From the IMG/VR virus record IMGVR_UViG_2882253857_000001, positions 8,239 to 72,238 of that record: DNA of 64,000 nt. One strand, 5' to 3'. Source of the DNA: a virus. Taxonomy: Duplodnaviria > Caudoviricetes. A program made the translations under genes and the position numbers. Positions 1 through 11,200 of the stretch are shown here, piece after piece; the stretch's first letter is position 1; every line of letters begins with the position of its first letter. A model generated the notes under the pieces. The model was not told the origin of the DNA and did not search any database. It saw nothing but the letters and a program-made list of their open reading frames with translations.

Positions 1-1900
1 AGAATAGAGTTAGCCCACTACTTCGATAGGCATTTATTTCACCTGCATATCCTCCATTAGAACCCCAAAAGGATATAGAAGCAACATCATCATTTGAACT
101 AGTAGTTATAGCAATTCGGTTATTTCCGTTACTATCGAAAGTCCCAAGTCCGGTTGAATTGATCTGAATCATCCGTCCAGAAGCTGCTGTTCTCAGAGTA
201 GAACCTGTTATTAAAGAAGCTGATATATTGCCTCTGAAATCTCCGCTTTGCGCTACCATGTGTCCTGATGGATCTACCGTAAACGTTCCTCCACCAACAT
301 TAATTGAGGAGCCTATAATAGCCCCTCCTTGAAAGTTAGAGCTATTAATCTGAGCTGAATTAGCTGTAAGCTTATTAGCTACTAAGTTACCTTTCATATC
401 AACTCTAAATGGTGCGCTGTTGAAATTAGCATGACCAGCAGCAATGCCGTTTGTATTGATTTGGGTAACGTCGTTTCCGCTGCCTATCAACATAGAAACG
501 AAATCACCAAACTGGCCTGTTACCGTTTCGGCTAATACGCCTTTAGCAGTGATTGCAGCCCTAACCGTTTTCCATCCATCAGTTGAAATCCCAATTCCTT
601 TGGATGTAAGCCGAACCTGTTCTAATGGATTTGTTTTCTCTTGGGCTAAAATACCGCCCTCTGGAGGATATATAAGTTCCGTTTTACTATTGTTAATATC
701 AGCTATGACTTGTTTTGCGGCAGCTTCGAAAACCTCTGTTCTTATCTTGCCGTTAGAGAACATATTATCGACCAGGTCTTTACTCTTTTGGAGATCCGCT
801 ATGATATCCTCGTAATCATGTGGCCTGACGTTTGAAATGGTTGGTTGGCTATGTTTGTCTTTACTATAAGGATATTCAATCAATTCAGTTATTCGAGCCT
901 TAAGCTTGTTCATATCCATTTTAGGATCGATACAGGTTACTACATCGCCTAGATTCGGCTTAGGCTCTGTTTTATCGATCTTAAAAAGGTCTGCTGAAGA
1001 TATAGTTGCTTCAAGCTCTGGCTGCTCTTGCTCACGTAACTTATTGCGCATGGCTTCCAGCAGGTCTTCTGGATCTTCGATATCCTGATTGATAAGTTCT
1101 CCATCATAAAAAGGAACGCTATCACTCGCCCAATATGAAGCGTAAGGAGAGATCAGATAGTTAACCTCCAGCTTACCATTCACTATGGCTCCTGGGACTT
1201 GTGAGAGCAGCGTACGTTCTTCTTGGGTCAATTTAGATGCGTCCATTCCTATGAATGTACGACCATCCTTCATCTGCCCGAATAAGCGAGTAACAAGCTT
1301 TTCACCAATATCCTTGAACGAGCTACTAACGATGTTTTTCTTGAGCCGGTACTGTAATCCGCTGTCGGTTCCGATCTTCTTCTTGAGGTGGATAACGAAA
1401 TTATCCGGTTCCACTTCACATTCATACATCTTGATTACATCGTTAAGAGCCTGTAGGCAGTCTCCGCGCCCCCAATCCTTAACGTCATGCAAGGCGAATG
1501 TATCATGAATCTGAAACTTGAAACGCCCACCTGTAGCCGCTGTAATAGAGTCTGTAAGCGTTGTAATATGAACACCATACGCCTCATCGATATAACTGGA
1601 ATAAGGGAATTTAAAGTCATTAAGTTTGAACATAACATGATTGCAATAGATGTTCGCTGTAAGTTTTCTTCCTTCCCGTGATCTACTTCGGGACTGAATG
1701 ACATAAAACTGGCCACGCTCATCTCGAACGTGGCCTTTGATTTTAATCTTCTCCTGATAATCTTCGCTTGTCATCGGGACCATGAATGTTAATTCATAGT
1801 CGCTGTTAATACGTCTTCGGCGTTCTATATCATATGCATCTATTAATGTGCCAGTGCGCCTCATGTTTTTATCAAATACTTGCATAGTTTTATTAGGCAA
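1..1900 (-). CDS. Phage tail (endopeptidase-type/Tal-like) protein, runs off window; absent from ORF track
   Basis: TTG start after RBS AAGGGGTG; translated ends read MPNKTMQVFDKNMRRTG... and ...GYAGEINAYRSSGLTLF in the same frame; lies in the tail module. Confidence 0.8.
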   Translation of the reverse strand, partial: MPNKTMQVFDKNMRRTGTLIDAYDIERRRRINSDYELTFMVPMTSEDYQEKIKIKGHVRDERGQFYVIQSRSRSREGRKLTANIYCNHVMFKLNDFKFPYSSYIDEAYGVHITTLTDSITAATGGRFKFQIHDTFALHDVKDWGRGDCLQALNDVIKMYECEVEPDNFVIHLKKKIGTDSGLQYRLKKNIVSSSFKDIGEKLVTRLFGQMKDGRTFIGMDASKLTQEERTLLSQVPGAIVNGKLEVNYLISPYASYWASDSVPFYDGELINQDIEDPEDLLEAMRNKLREQEQPELEATISSADLFKIDKTEPKPNLGDVVTCIDPKMDMNKLKARITELIEYPYSKDKHSQPTISNVRPHDYEDIIADLQKSKDLVDNMFSNGKIRTEVFEAAAKQVIADINNSKTELIYPPEGGILAQEKTNPLEQVRLTSKGIGISTDGWKTVRAAITAKGVLAETVTGQFGDFVSMLIGSGNDVTQINTNGIAAGHANFNSAPFRVDMKGNLVANKLTANSAQINSSNFQGGAIIGSSINVGGGTFTVDPSGHMVAQSGDFRGNISASLITGSTLRTAASGRMIQINSTGLGTFDSNGNNRIAITTSSNDDVASISFWGSNGGYAGEINAYRSSGLTLF

Positions 1901-1914
1901 AGTATCACCCCTTT

Positions 1915-2433
1915 TTAGTACAAGAACTTATCTCGATGGGTTATTCTGAATAAGATCGTTCTTCCGGTTGCTGGGTCTGTCCAGGTAAGATTGTTAGTCC
2001 CTAGATTAAGATCAAAGAAATCACCTTCATACAAATGTGACGCATTAACTCCGTTCTGTGTGATTTTAAACTTTTCAGAATCGATCACGATCTTATCTCC
2101 AGGAGAAAACGGGCCAGTAAATTCAATCTCATCGACATGATATCTACTAGCCTTTCCCTGCAAGGAAGAAATACCATGCATAATAGCTGATGCCATTCGT
2201 TCTAAGTTGCAGGAAGCTGACACGCCACTTTCAGCGTCCATTCTGGCTACAAAGAAAACTTCACGAGTAAAGTCAGATTGCATCCCGCTATACCCGCCTA
2301 ATACGGCTCTACCACCTACCTCTACCGTTGATTTTGATATCATACCAGCGCATCCGTTAAGCACTGCTCGACCAAAAACAAATGTTGTTAGTGGACGATT
2401 ATAAGGCGTTCTGTTGAATGGTCCTCCAAACAT
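1915..2433 (-). CDS. Tail component (Dit C-terminal-like domain)
   Basis: GDKIVIDS...GDFFDLNLGTNNLTW...HRDKFLY ending typical of siphovirus tail components. Confidence 0.7.
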   Translation of the reverse strand: MFGGPFNRTPYNRPLTTFVFGRAVLNGCAGMISKSTVEVGGRAVLGGYSGMQSDFTREVFFVARMDAESGVSASCNLERMASAIMHGISSLQGKASRYHVDEIEFTGPFSPGDKIVIDSEKFKITQNGVNASHLYEGDFFDLNLGTNNLTWTDPATGRTILFRITHRDKFLY

Positions 2434-2470
2434 ATTCCCACTTCCTTTAGGTCAGGAAAATTTTCCTTGG

Positions 2471-2611
2471 CTATTCAAAATCAATTCCGGTGATCTCCTT
2501 GTACTGCTCCGCCGTGATCTCTCCAAACGGATTGGACTCAGTGATCACCGCACCCTTCAGGGCATCCGCTGTTACCCATTTCATCGTAAATGCTAATGTC
2601 CAAAACTTCAT
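2471..2611 (-). CDS. XkdX-like small protein (46 aa), not in ORF track
   Basis: MKFWTLAFTMKWVTADALKGAV...GEITAEQYKEITG; ATGA overlap with the upstream gene. Confidence 0.8.
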   Translation of the reverse strand: MKFWTLAFTMKWVTADALKGAVITESNPFGEITAEQYKEITGIDFE

Positions 2612-3162
2612 GCCTGATCCGCTCCTTTTAATTTAATGACTTCAAGCTTGGTTGCCGCCAGCTCCGCACCTAAAGCACCGATAGTCTGTTGCTGCTGTAT
2701 ACCCTCTAGCTTGGACTGTACAAGCTGTTCTCCCATACTACCGACTAACGCCTGCTGCTGAATGTTTTGTAGCTTCATGGCCGTCAGTTCTTCGCCTAGC
2801 AGATCGGTCGCCGTTGGCTCCTGCGGCTGCGGCTTAGTCAGCTCCTCTATTTCCTCCGCGCTCAATCCTTCCGACCAATACCCCGATGGATCGGTCTGCT
2901 CGCCCTCTTCCCTCGCTTCCCACGCCGCCAAATCAAACTGCGGCAGATAAAGCCCCTGCGGTACCGGCACACCAACGATGTACCCCGCAATCTCTGGTTC
3001 GGTCTCTTCCTCTTCTTCGTCAACTGCCGCCTCGATATCGGTTTCCGTCTCTGGCGGATCGGCATAAAAAGGGACGACACCGGAAAAGGCATCGTCCACT
3101 AGCGTATCCTCTATATAGAGGCCGTCTGTATTTACTTTAGGTACTGCTTTCAAGTTGATCAC
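2608..3162 (-). CDS. Putative tail-fibre assembly/chaperone protein
   Basis: Between tail fibre and XkdX-like gene; GLYLPQFD motif and C-terminal coiled coil. Confidence 0.55.
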   Translation of the reverse strand: MINLKAVPKVNTDGLYIEDTLVDDAFSGVVPFYADPPETETDIEAAVDEEEEETEPEIAGYIVGVPVPQGLYLPQFDLAAWEAREEGEQTDPSGYWSEGLSAEEIEELTKPQPQEPTATDLLGEELTAMKLQNIQQQALVGSMGEQLVQSKLEGIQQQQTIGALGAELAATKLEVIKLKGADQA

Positions 3163-3165
3163 TCC

Positions 3166-6100
3166 TTATTGTTCGGCTTCGAATACAATCCCATCTAGTG
3201 ACGTCCACTCATTGGCAGTTCCCTGCACAATAATCTCTCCTGTTGGGTTAACACTACAATGCATAGGAACTTTTGTTCCAATATTTGACCCAACTATGCC
3301 GAAATTATACTGTAACTTAGGGCGGTAACCAACAGGAAGCTGAAAAACAACTGTACCAAGTACCCCATTTGAAATAAGTCCTACTATATGAACTAAGCCA
3401 AATTGATCCTTATAGTATTTAGCAATAGTGCCTTTTGCACCATATCTTATCCATCCATTTAGTAATGTCGGCGTAATCCACCCCGGCGCATCCTTCTCCG
3501 CTTTCTCCATCGCCAGCACCGATACACCGTGTAACGCTTCGGCTACGCCTGCGGTCAAGTCAACAAGCTGCGCCTTTTCGTTAGCGGCTATCTCGCCAGT
3601 GATCGGGACAACTGGCGATTTGTCGAGCTTGAGGTAAGTGACGCTGTAGGCTGCGGATGGGTCGTAGCTTGATAGACTTATATCAGCGTACTCGTTCCCA
3701 CCGCCATAATTTGCTTTTTGAACATTCCATCCCTTATCAACAGCACTGTTTTTAAAGATTTCCAAGAATCTGTCTAACTTATTTTTAAGACCTGAACCGG
3801 GATAGTTAGGAGAACTTGGAGCATTGATTCCGACGTATCCAAGTCCAGTGTTTATATACGGATTCGTCCGTTCCCGCAACACAATCCCCGTACCTACTTC
3901 TATCGCGTTATCTCCCTCAGAAAGAGTCAGGCAGCCTTCATGCGCGACAGGTTCGACTACATCGGTGCCTAGGCGGTATAGGAGATTATATGGATGGTAT
4001 TCATATCCGCCTGTAACCGGAGCTATACATGTCGGAACGTCATGAAGGACATAACCAAACCAACCATTAGAACCTATGACGTTTGATGGATGGGCGATGG
4101 CTCCCCAACATTTAACCTCTCCAACAGCTCCTGTATATAGTTGCGATGTATTACCATCACACATCCTCCACCCGTTAAAATACGCCTTAATCTCGTCTGC
4201 TGTCGGTGTGTAGGCGTCTCCCCATCCGCTGTCCGCGTTAGAGATTGATAGTAAAAGAGAATTTATATCTAAATATATCTGACCTGCTGGAAGATTTGCA
4301 GAACTACCAAATTTCATTTGAGTTCCATCATATTTAATAGCAAACGCAGCATTGCCCTGGTTAGCCCACCTCAAAGAATCGTCTATCCAAACTTCTTTAA
4401 GTCCAGGTCTGCTTTGACGAAATGTAAATGGTTGTGTTCCATCCAGTACAACCTTCCGCCATTTCGCCCGTCTAAAATACTGACCGTTCTTTTCATACAG
4501 TTCATCGGCATCCGCGCCAGTATCCGGGTTAGCGTGTAACTCCGTCTGAAACGCCAGCATAGACAATATCTCGGCATCCGCGCTCTTACTCGCCCGGCGG
4601 AAGATATACGGATTCTCGACCCCAATAATACCCCTTCGCCCTTGCCCGTTGATCTCTGATTTACCTTTAATTGACCCGATGTTAAACCGTGCGTCACGGG
4701 CTGCCTTGATCGTCTGTAATCCTGGTTGGAGCGTGAGTTTAGATGTACTGGCGGCATTAAGTCGATCTGATAGAGCATCGATATCCTTCCGGTTATTCTC
4801 AACATTGGCCTGGATATAGGTATCCGCAAAGTCCTGCCGATCATTCTGCGTTTTAAGCTCCGAAATATTGCCAACTGCGTCAGATAATGTAGCACTAATC
4901 CCCGCTTTGTAGCTTACGTCTAGCTGCGTTACGTTGGCGGTGTAGTCGTATTTGTCTAGGGTTGTATATGTCACGTAGTAATCGGCGTTAGGGTCAACGT
5001 CTTTTTCCGCCGCTTCGGCGTAAGCCATGCCGTTGTTACTCGCGACATATATCCACCAAACCGGATCAGGATCGGCCTCTTTATAGACTTGTAGAATTCG
5101 GTTTGTTCTCTTGCTCGTACTAGTAACACCAGAAATAAAATACACACCGTTAGCGTTCTTTTGCAGCTTTACTTTCTCCCGCTGAATAATCCCTGTCGCT
5201 ACCGTCAACTGATTACCGCCAGGATGCAGCGATATAGCGCCCTCAGTCTTAATAGGCTTGATCTCCGGTTTGTCTAGCGCATAGTCTAGTGTGGCGTAGC
5301 AATCCCAGTTAGGTGCTTTGTTAGTGGATACGTAAGCTTCCGTGTTGGTTGCTGGTGCTTTTCCATCTAGAAGTGATATCCATGACGTATATTTGCTACC
5401 GTCGTTGGCTGCAGCCTTCCAGCCATTCATCAAGGCTTTGATGGCGTTGGGATTTGGATTTATACTATCAACCCAGCCACTTTCGCTATTGGCAATTGTC
5501 AAAGCACAGCCGCCACTATCAGCACCCATGTCCCAAACTAGCACCTGATCAGATTCTGTCCAGGTTCCTGTGCCGCTTGCGGGAGCTGAGTTCAATGCTT
5601 TTCCCGTGTATTTTATTGCTCTCTGAATGTTACGGATAAAATTATTACTACCTAATAAATAGCGAACTTCTTTAAATCCAATATAATCTCTATAGCCCAT
5701 CTTCCAAGGAAAATCACCCGTTAACTTAATACCTCTCTCAACACGCCTAATCAACTCAGCTTTATCTAACCTGACCCTTACCTCGTCACGATAACCTGCT
5801 ACCTCTGCAAGCGTCTCAGGGATTATAAGCTGCTGCGGCTTAGCAGGTTCAAACGGCGTGGCTTTGTCTCCTATTTCCAATTGCCAGCTATTAAAGGTGT
5901 ATGTGCCAGCCGGGAGTGAGCCAGAAGGAGCGTAGTTGGTAAAAGCTATCGTAACGGCTCTGTTTGACCCTGTATTAAATTTAACCTCTTGGTTCGATGT
6001 ATGCGCCACTATGTTAGACGATCTATCTTCTGTAGCTACTGCTACTTTGCCGTTATGCTCCACCTTGAGAACCATCGTGGTGTTAGGCATAACAGGTACA

Positions 6101-7206
6101 GTGATATACGAGGCGTCATTAGACCCTTTTGCATTCAGCATCAACTCGTAAGGTGCTGTCATCTTTGCGTTAGCATGTAGGGTATCCGGCAGGCTAGGCA
6201 ATAAGTTTTTACTAGGGTGATAGACAGACGCTCCCTGTACATGCTGCACACCGTCCACATGCGGCAGATAGTCCCGTATGTTAGTCTCATTGATATCTAC
6301 ACCTATACGGTTATAGAGTTCGTCCGAAACCTCGTACAGGCCTGCGCCGTCCCACTGTGTCCAAGTATCTGCGGGCACAGGAGAGTTGTTATAAAGGAGG
6401 AGCATAAGGTCACCGCGATCTTCGGTCGGAGCGATCTTTACAAAGTGTGTTTTATTGGCAGAAGATGGGTCTGTACCACCAAGTTTGTTGCCTCCTTGTG
6501 TGTTTGTTTTAAACACAGCCATAAATGCCAGTCCCGCCCCGTCAGTGACCGCATCGGCTATAAGCACATACTTCTTCCCGGCGGATATAGGGATGCTTTG
6601 ACGATAAATGTACCGATAAGAAGTAGTGTTACTAGCTTTAGACAATAACCTTTGAGCCTTGATACCATAGGCTACTTTTTCGGAAGATAATAGTTGGCTT
6701 GCCCCTCCACTAGAGATCCATCCATCCGCCAGCCCGTCATTATTACTATCAACCTCAAAATTACCGTAACTCCCGAGCAAATTGACCCTAGTCTGGCCAT
6801 ACACCGTCATATCTACCGCACTAGCCTGATCCGTATTGATTACGGATGTACCGGGGCCTAGTGTGGTGGTTAAGTCTGTAGCATCTATTTGTTTATATAA
6901 GTCTTCTATATTTTCTTTAAATGTATCATGGTCGTAAGCTGTTACATATCTAGCTACTTTAATACCAGTTCCCCAACTCTGAGCTTTGCCCTGATACCCT
7001 CTTGTTACTCCCGTAAGTACAGTACCGTTCTTTTTCGTATAAAGTATTGTTTCAGAGGATTCATCTGTTCCTATTGTTAAAAGGTTTGGGCCGTCAAGTA
7101 CAGCAGATGGATCTACAACTTTTATTGTTGTTTGCTGAGCAGTGATTGCTTCAGCAAGCTCAGTACCCGGGCTATTGGCTTGAGCGGAATACATAGTTTT
7201 CATCAA
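3166..7206 (-). CDS. Tail fibre / receptor-binding protein (1346 aa)
   Basis: Size, position, internally duplicated module, C-terminal WITPTLLNGW...FQLPVGYRP fibre-tip motif. Confidence 0.8.
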   Translation of the reverse strand: MMKTMYSAQANSPGTELAEAITAQQTTIKVVDPSAVLDGPNLLTIGTDESSETILYTKKNGTVLTGVTRGYQGKAQSWGTGIKVARYVTAYDHDTFKENIEDLYKQIDATDLTTTLGPGTSVINTDQASAVDMTVYGQTRVNLLGSYGNFEVDSNNDGLADGWISSGGASQLLSSEKVAYGIKAQRLLSKASNTTSYRYIYRQSIPISAGKKYVLIADAVTDGAGLAFMAVFKTNTQGGNKLGGTDPSSANKTHFVKIAPTEDRGDLMLLLYNNSPVPADTWTQWDGAGLYEVSDELYNRIGVDINETNIRDYLPHVDGVQHVQGASVYHPSKNLLPSLPDTLHANAKMTAPYELMLNAKGSNDASYITVPVMPNTTMVLKVEHNGKVAVATEDRSSNIVAHTSNQEVKFNTGSNRAVTIAFTNYAPSGSLPAGTYTFNSWQLEIGDKATPFEPAKPQQLIIPETLAEVAGYRDEVRVRLDKAELIRRVERGIKLTGDFPWKMGYRDYIGFKEVRYLLGSNNFIRNIQRAIKYTGKALNSAPASGTGTWTESDQVLVWDMGADSGGCALTIANSESGWVDSINPNPNAIKALMNGWKAAANDGSKYTSWISLLDGKAPATNTEAYVSTNKAPNWDCYATLDYALDKPEIKPIKTEGAISLHPGGNQLTVATGIIQREKVKLQKNANGVYFISGVTSTSKRTNRILQVYKEADPDPVWWIYVASNNGMAYAEAAEKDVDPNADYYVTYTTLDKYDYTANVTQLDVSYKAGISATLSDAVGNISELKTQNDRQDFADTYIQANVENNRKDIDALSDRLNAASTSKLTLQPGLQTIKAARDARFNIGSIKGKSEINGQGRRGIIGVENPYIFRRASKSADAEILSMLAFQTELHANPDTGADADELYEKNGQYFRRAKWRKVVLDGTQPFTFRQSRPGLKEVWIDDSLRWANQGNAAFAIKYDGTQMKFGSSANLPAGQIYLDINSLLLSISNADSGWGDAYTPTADEIKAYFNGWRMCDGNTSQLYTGAVGEVKCWGAIAHPSNVIGSNGWFGYVLHDVPTCIAPVTGGYEYHPYNLLYRLGTDVVEPVAHEGCLTLSEGDNAIEVGTGIVLRERTNPYINTGLGYVGINAPSSPNYPGSGLKNKLDRFLEIFKNSAVDKGWNVQKANYGGGNEYADISLSSYDPSAAYSVTYLKLDKSPVVPITGEIAANEKAQLVDLTAGVAEALHGVSVLAMEKAEKDAPGWITPTLLNGWIRYGAKGTIAKYYKDQFGLVHIVGLISNGVLGTVVFQLPVGYRPKLQYNFGIVGSNIGTKVPMHCSVNPTGEIIVQGTANEWTSLDGIVFEAEQ

Positions 7207-7215
7207 AAATCCTCC

Positions 7216-7653
7216 TTATTCCAGCGTTAAAACGATTTGTCCCGTAAGCATTTTAAAAATGTCATTAGTCAGTATTGAGCGCGGGGTATCTAGCGCACCG
7301 AAATAGAGCAAATTTCCGCCAGTTGCTGCATCTCTAATGCCAATGTGGGTTATTTGTCCCCAATTAGCTGATGCTGTAGGCATAACAACATCAATGTTGT
7401 TCTTGATTGTCCTTTTTGATATTGAGACTTGCTGGCCTGTTGTTGGATGGAAGATTGTATAGTTCTCAGATGTAGGCGCTCCAAACGTAACCTCCTTGCG
7501 TACATAACCACCTCCAGACACCTCTTGTCCTGTATCAGCAGCTGTTGGATTACTTGTATAAAGGGCAAGATAAACTTTACTAGGCCTTGTATAGGCGGAA
7601 TTTCTAAACACCTGATTTAGCAATGCGGTCGATAAGTAATTAGACATGTTCAT
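7216..7653 (-). CDS. Tail/baseplate protein
   Basis: YLALYTSNP...EVSGGGY...WGQITHIGIRDAATGGNLL motif typical of tail proteins. Confidence 0.75.
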   Translation of the reverse strand: MNMSNYLSTALLNQVFRNSAYTRPSKVYLALYTSNPTAADTGQEVSGGGYVRKEVTFGAPTSENYTIFHPTTGQQVSISKRTIKNNIDVVMPTASANWGQITHIGIRDAATGGNLLYFGALDTPRSILTNDIFKMLTGQIVLTLE

Positions 7654-7660
7654 AATAAGA

Positions 7661-8218
7661 TCACCCTTCCATTAGGTATTCGTTCTTTATTTTGAAGCTC
7701 TGTAATGTTGTTGTTCCTATGTTGGTTAGTACAATCACCGGGCTGGCTCGTTCATCGCCGATAGACTGCACTGAAATAACTTGTGGTGAACTAGTAATTG
7801 TCACCTCAGTGATTCTCTCATCGCTCACAGGGAACGGGTTCTCACCCATTTTGATAGGGATCGTAATATTTCCATCAAAGATCAACTTTTCAATGGCTAT
7901 TGTTCCAGCATATCTTCCGATATATCGCTTTCCCGGACGATCCGAAAAGGTGAACACGATATCCCCTTTTTTTGCATTAAAAAGAGCCGCCACTTGGGCG
8001 ACTCTGTTCTGGTAATCAATTGTCGTATCGTTTGCCATGATTACACAATCAAGGTCAAATGTTCTCGGGCCGTATGCGCTGCCAAAATCTATTTCTCCAT
8101 CTCGTTCAGCAAGTTCAATGCTGTTGTCCCTAGTAGGTGGCAAGGGAGGAATATTGTGCTTCTTCACACCTAAGCCGATCGATTTTAGATCAACACCGTC
8201 GGCAGTAACTGTAATCAT
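7661..8218 (-). CDS. Distal tail protein (Dit)
   Basis: Directly after tape measure; YGPRTF...FSDRPGKRY motif. Confidence 0.8.
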   Translation of the reverse strand: MITVTADGVDLKSIGLGVKKHNIPPLPPTRDNSIELAERDGEIDFGSAYGPRTFDLDCVIMANDTTIDYQNRVAQVAALFNAKKGDIVFTFSDRPGKRYIGRYAGTIAIEKLIFDGNITIPIKMGENPFPVSDERITEVTITSSPQVISVQSIGDERASPVIVLTNIGTTTLQSFKIKNEYLMEG

Positions 8219-11200
8219 CCTTTACCTCCTCCCCTGGCTTGCATGCGTCTAACAAAGGAATCTCGTTCTGACCAATACGCCCTTGCCGTAGACTCATCTT
8301 CAATATAAGTATCGCCTGAATTTACTGTGAAGTAATTATGGTTTATCTGCGGATTTGAGCCTCCAGAAACAGCTGGTAGTGTAAAACTTGGCATAGTGAA
8401 GTTAAGTGACGGCATCTTGAAGTTTAAGAGCTTGAACAAGTTACTCTGTTGTTTTTCATTAAGAAATGCCTCGCCAGCATGAGCAATTACAGGGACTTCT
8501 TGCCCCCTAACTCCTTGTACCACTCCACCTGTACTGAAATGCTGAAGCTTCTTACCGGGATCTTTTTCTAATCCGTATTTCTTTCTTAATGATTCGTTTT
8601 CAGCATGAGCAGCCATTTTCTCTTCTTTCGATGCTTTCTCATTATGCCACTTATCTATGTTGTTGTTATAACGGATCAAGTCCTGTTCTTCTTCGGATAA
8701 TCCGCTTTCTAAACTTCCTGATGGAGAAGGGGCAGAAAGTGAATTGATCCTGTTCATTTTAGCTTGATAGTCAGCGATAAATTGGTCGAGCTGCGCTAGG
8801 ATTTCGGCATTCTTCTCGCTCTCTTTCATAATCTGTATTTGCTTAAGGTCTTCTGCCTTAAATTCGATTTCGGAAGAGAATGTATCGAAGGCACTGGATA
8901 ATTCGCGATAATGATCATTAGCGGCCTGGATTTGATCGTTATAATCCTTTTCCTTCTGCTTTTTCTCGTCTTGTAGCGCCTGCTTTTGGTCTTCAAGAGA
9001 CTGCTTTGCAAGATAACGTTCATGCTCCCGCTGCATTTCCTCTATTTCCTTCTGAATCTCTTCTCTCTCTTTAATGCCATCGGGACCAACTGCTGACTGT
9101 AATTTCTCCAATCTTGCTTTCTTCTCAGCTAACTTTCGTTCATAGTCTTCTTCTACATATATTCGACCCATAGCCTCTATCTGAGCATCGATAGCTTCGA
9201 TCTTAGCATCTTGCGCAGCCAGAAACGCATCTCGTTCAGCTTCGATTGCCTTTACCGCTTCATTTCGTACGGATTCGATTTTAGTCGTAATTGTCTTTGC
9301 GGTGACAGTGACTGATTGTTGTTCGTCCTGAAGCAGCTTCTTTCTTAGGGCATAGATCTGTTCATCTGCTTGCATTCGCTGATCGGTGCCTTCGCGATAC
9401 ATCTCCTGAATCTTTTCCCAAGCCTTAATCTCATCCTCTGTTGAGATTTGCTCCATCGCTTTTTGATGATTAAGGCGCTTTGTAAATTCCGAGAAGTATT
9501 CTTGCTCTACCGCCTTCTTCGCTGCGTATACTTGCTCGTCAAGCTTCATCCGCTCCTCTGTTCCCTCTTTATAACGGGCTTGAACACGCAAGAGCATCTT
9601 AAGTTCTTCTTCTGCTGATACTTCCCTTATCCCCTTCTGGTGGGAAATCCACTTCATCGAAGCATCATAGGCTTCTTTTTCTTTCTTGGCTATTTCCTCT
9701 GCAAGTTGCTTCCTCAAGGCGTATACTTTCTCATCCGCCTTAAGCCTTTGCTCAGAACCAGCCTTATACCTAGCCTGGACACGTTCCCAAGCTAGAAGTT
9801 CCTGTTGGGTATTCATGCGTCCAATAGCTTTCTGATGCTCGATATATTTTTGTGAAGCATCAAACTGTTTTTGAAGTGGATCGTCCTTCTTACTCTTGCT
9901 CTTTGACTTATCTTTTGAACCGCCTGATTTCGAGGAGCTTACACCAAAGTTTTTATCTTCATACATGCCTGATAGTGCCTTAATCTTCTCATCATACATA
10001 TTCATTTCTTTTTCAAAGTCGTTGTAAATAGCATCGAAATCATTTGCCATGGTCTGTTTAATGAGTTGAGAAGAATAACCTGGTACAAACATTGACATTA
10101 AATCATTGCCTGCTCCTACTGCCGCCTTGACCCCGTATAGATTTGACTTTAAGTCAGCCAGGCTTTTAATTGCCTTAGCTTCTATTCCATAAGCCTTAAG
10201 TCGTTCATCTGTGGCAGCCTTGACGTTAAATGCTGAATTCTTCTCCGCTTCAAGTTCATCAATTGCTTTCTGTATTTTTGCTTTGCGAAGAGCATCAACA
10301 GCCCCTTCTTCAAACTTCCAACCATCAGCAGTTTTATAGATGGCATCTGCAAGTTGAGGGTACTTGTTAATCAAATCAGCGGCATTGGCGGCATTGAGGG
10401 ACTGTCCTTCAGCAAGATCTTTTGAGACAGAATTAAGCTCGCTGATCGCCTTGCTGTTCCCCTGAATCTGAGATTCAAGGTTTTCATGAGCTTTAATCAA
10501 ATCGTCAGTAGATTGATATTGTTCATCCTGCGCGTCTGTAGCATCGTCTAAGCTGTCTTCGTAATCATCCATGCTGCCAGCAAGATTATCAGTGCTATCA
10601 GCAGCCGAAGCAGTCTTACCGTTAAGCATATCGAGACTGTCTTGACTGCTTTGAATTTGACTGTCTAATTGCTGCAATTTCTCACTGACATCAACTAGCT
10701 TTCGTGAGAATTCTTCGGTATTGTTGTTAGGATCGAAGTCTACATATAAATCATTTTTGAAAATACCTTCGATACCTTTTAAGAGTCCGTGAAAATCAAA
10801 AAGACCGATTGTTCCATCGATCTTTCCTTTTAGATAATCAAGCTCTTTTTGAAGTTTTTCACGGTCAACAACCAAATCACTAAGCCGTTTTTCTTCTATT
10901 ACCTTTAATGCGTTCTTATATTCCTCAGAAAATGAAGACATCTTCTCGGCGTTAATTTCCATCGCCTTTCCATCTTCATCCCATTGAGTTACCATTTCAG
11001 GCATGATCTTGCTTAGTTTTTCTATCACAGCAGTCAGTTCTTCTTTTGCCTTTTTGACCTCATTACTGGATTTTGTATTGTCATCAACGATGCTCTTTAA
11101 CTCTTTGTATTTCTCCGTGAGTGCATATGCATCACGTTCGTTTTGCTTAGTGGTATCAATTGCTTGATTCTGAGTCCCGTTGTAATAGGACCAAGCGAGA

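Noticed and set aside
3166-7206. Diversity-generating retroelement or invertible fibre cassette
   Set aside because: The duplication is diverged at protein level, and no reverse transcriptase, invertase or TR/VR pair is seen in the window
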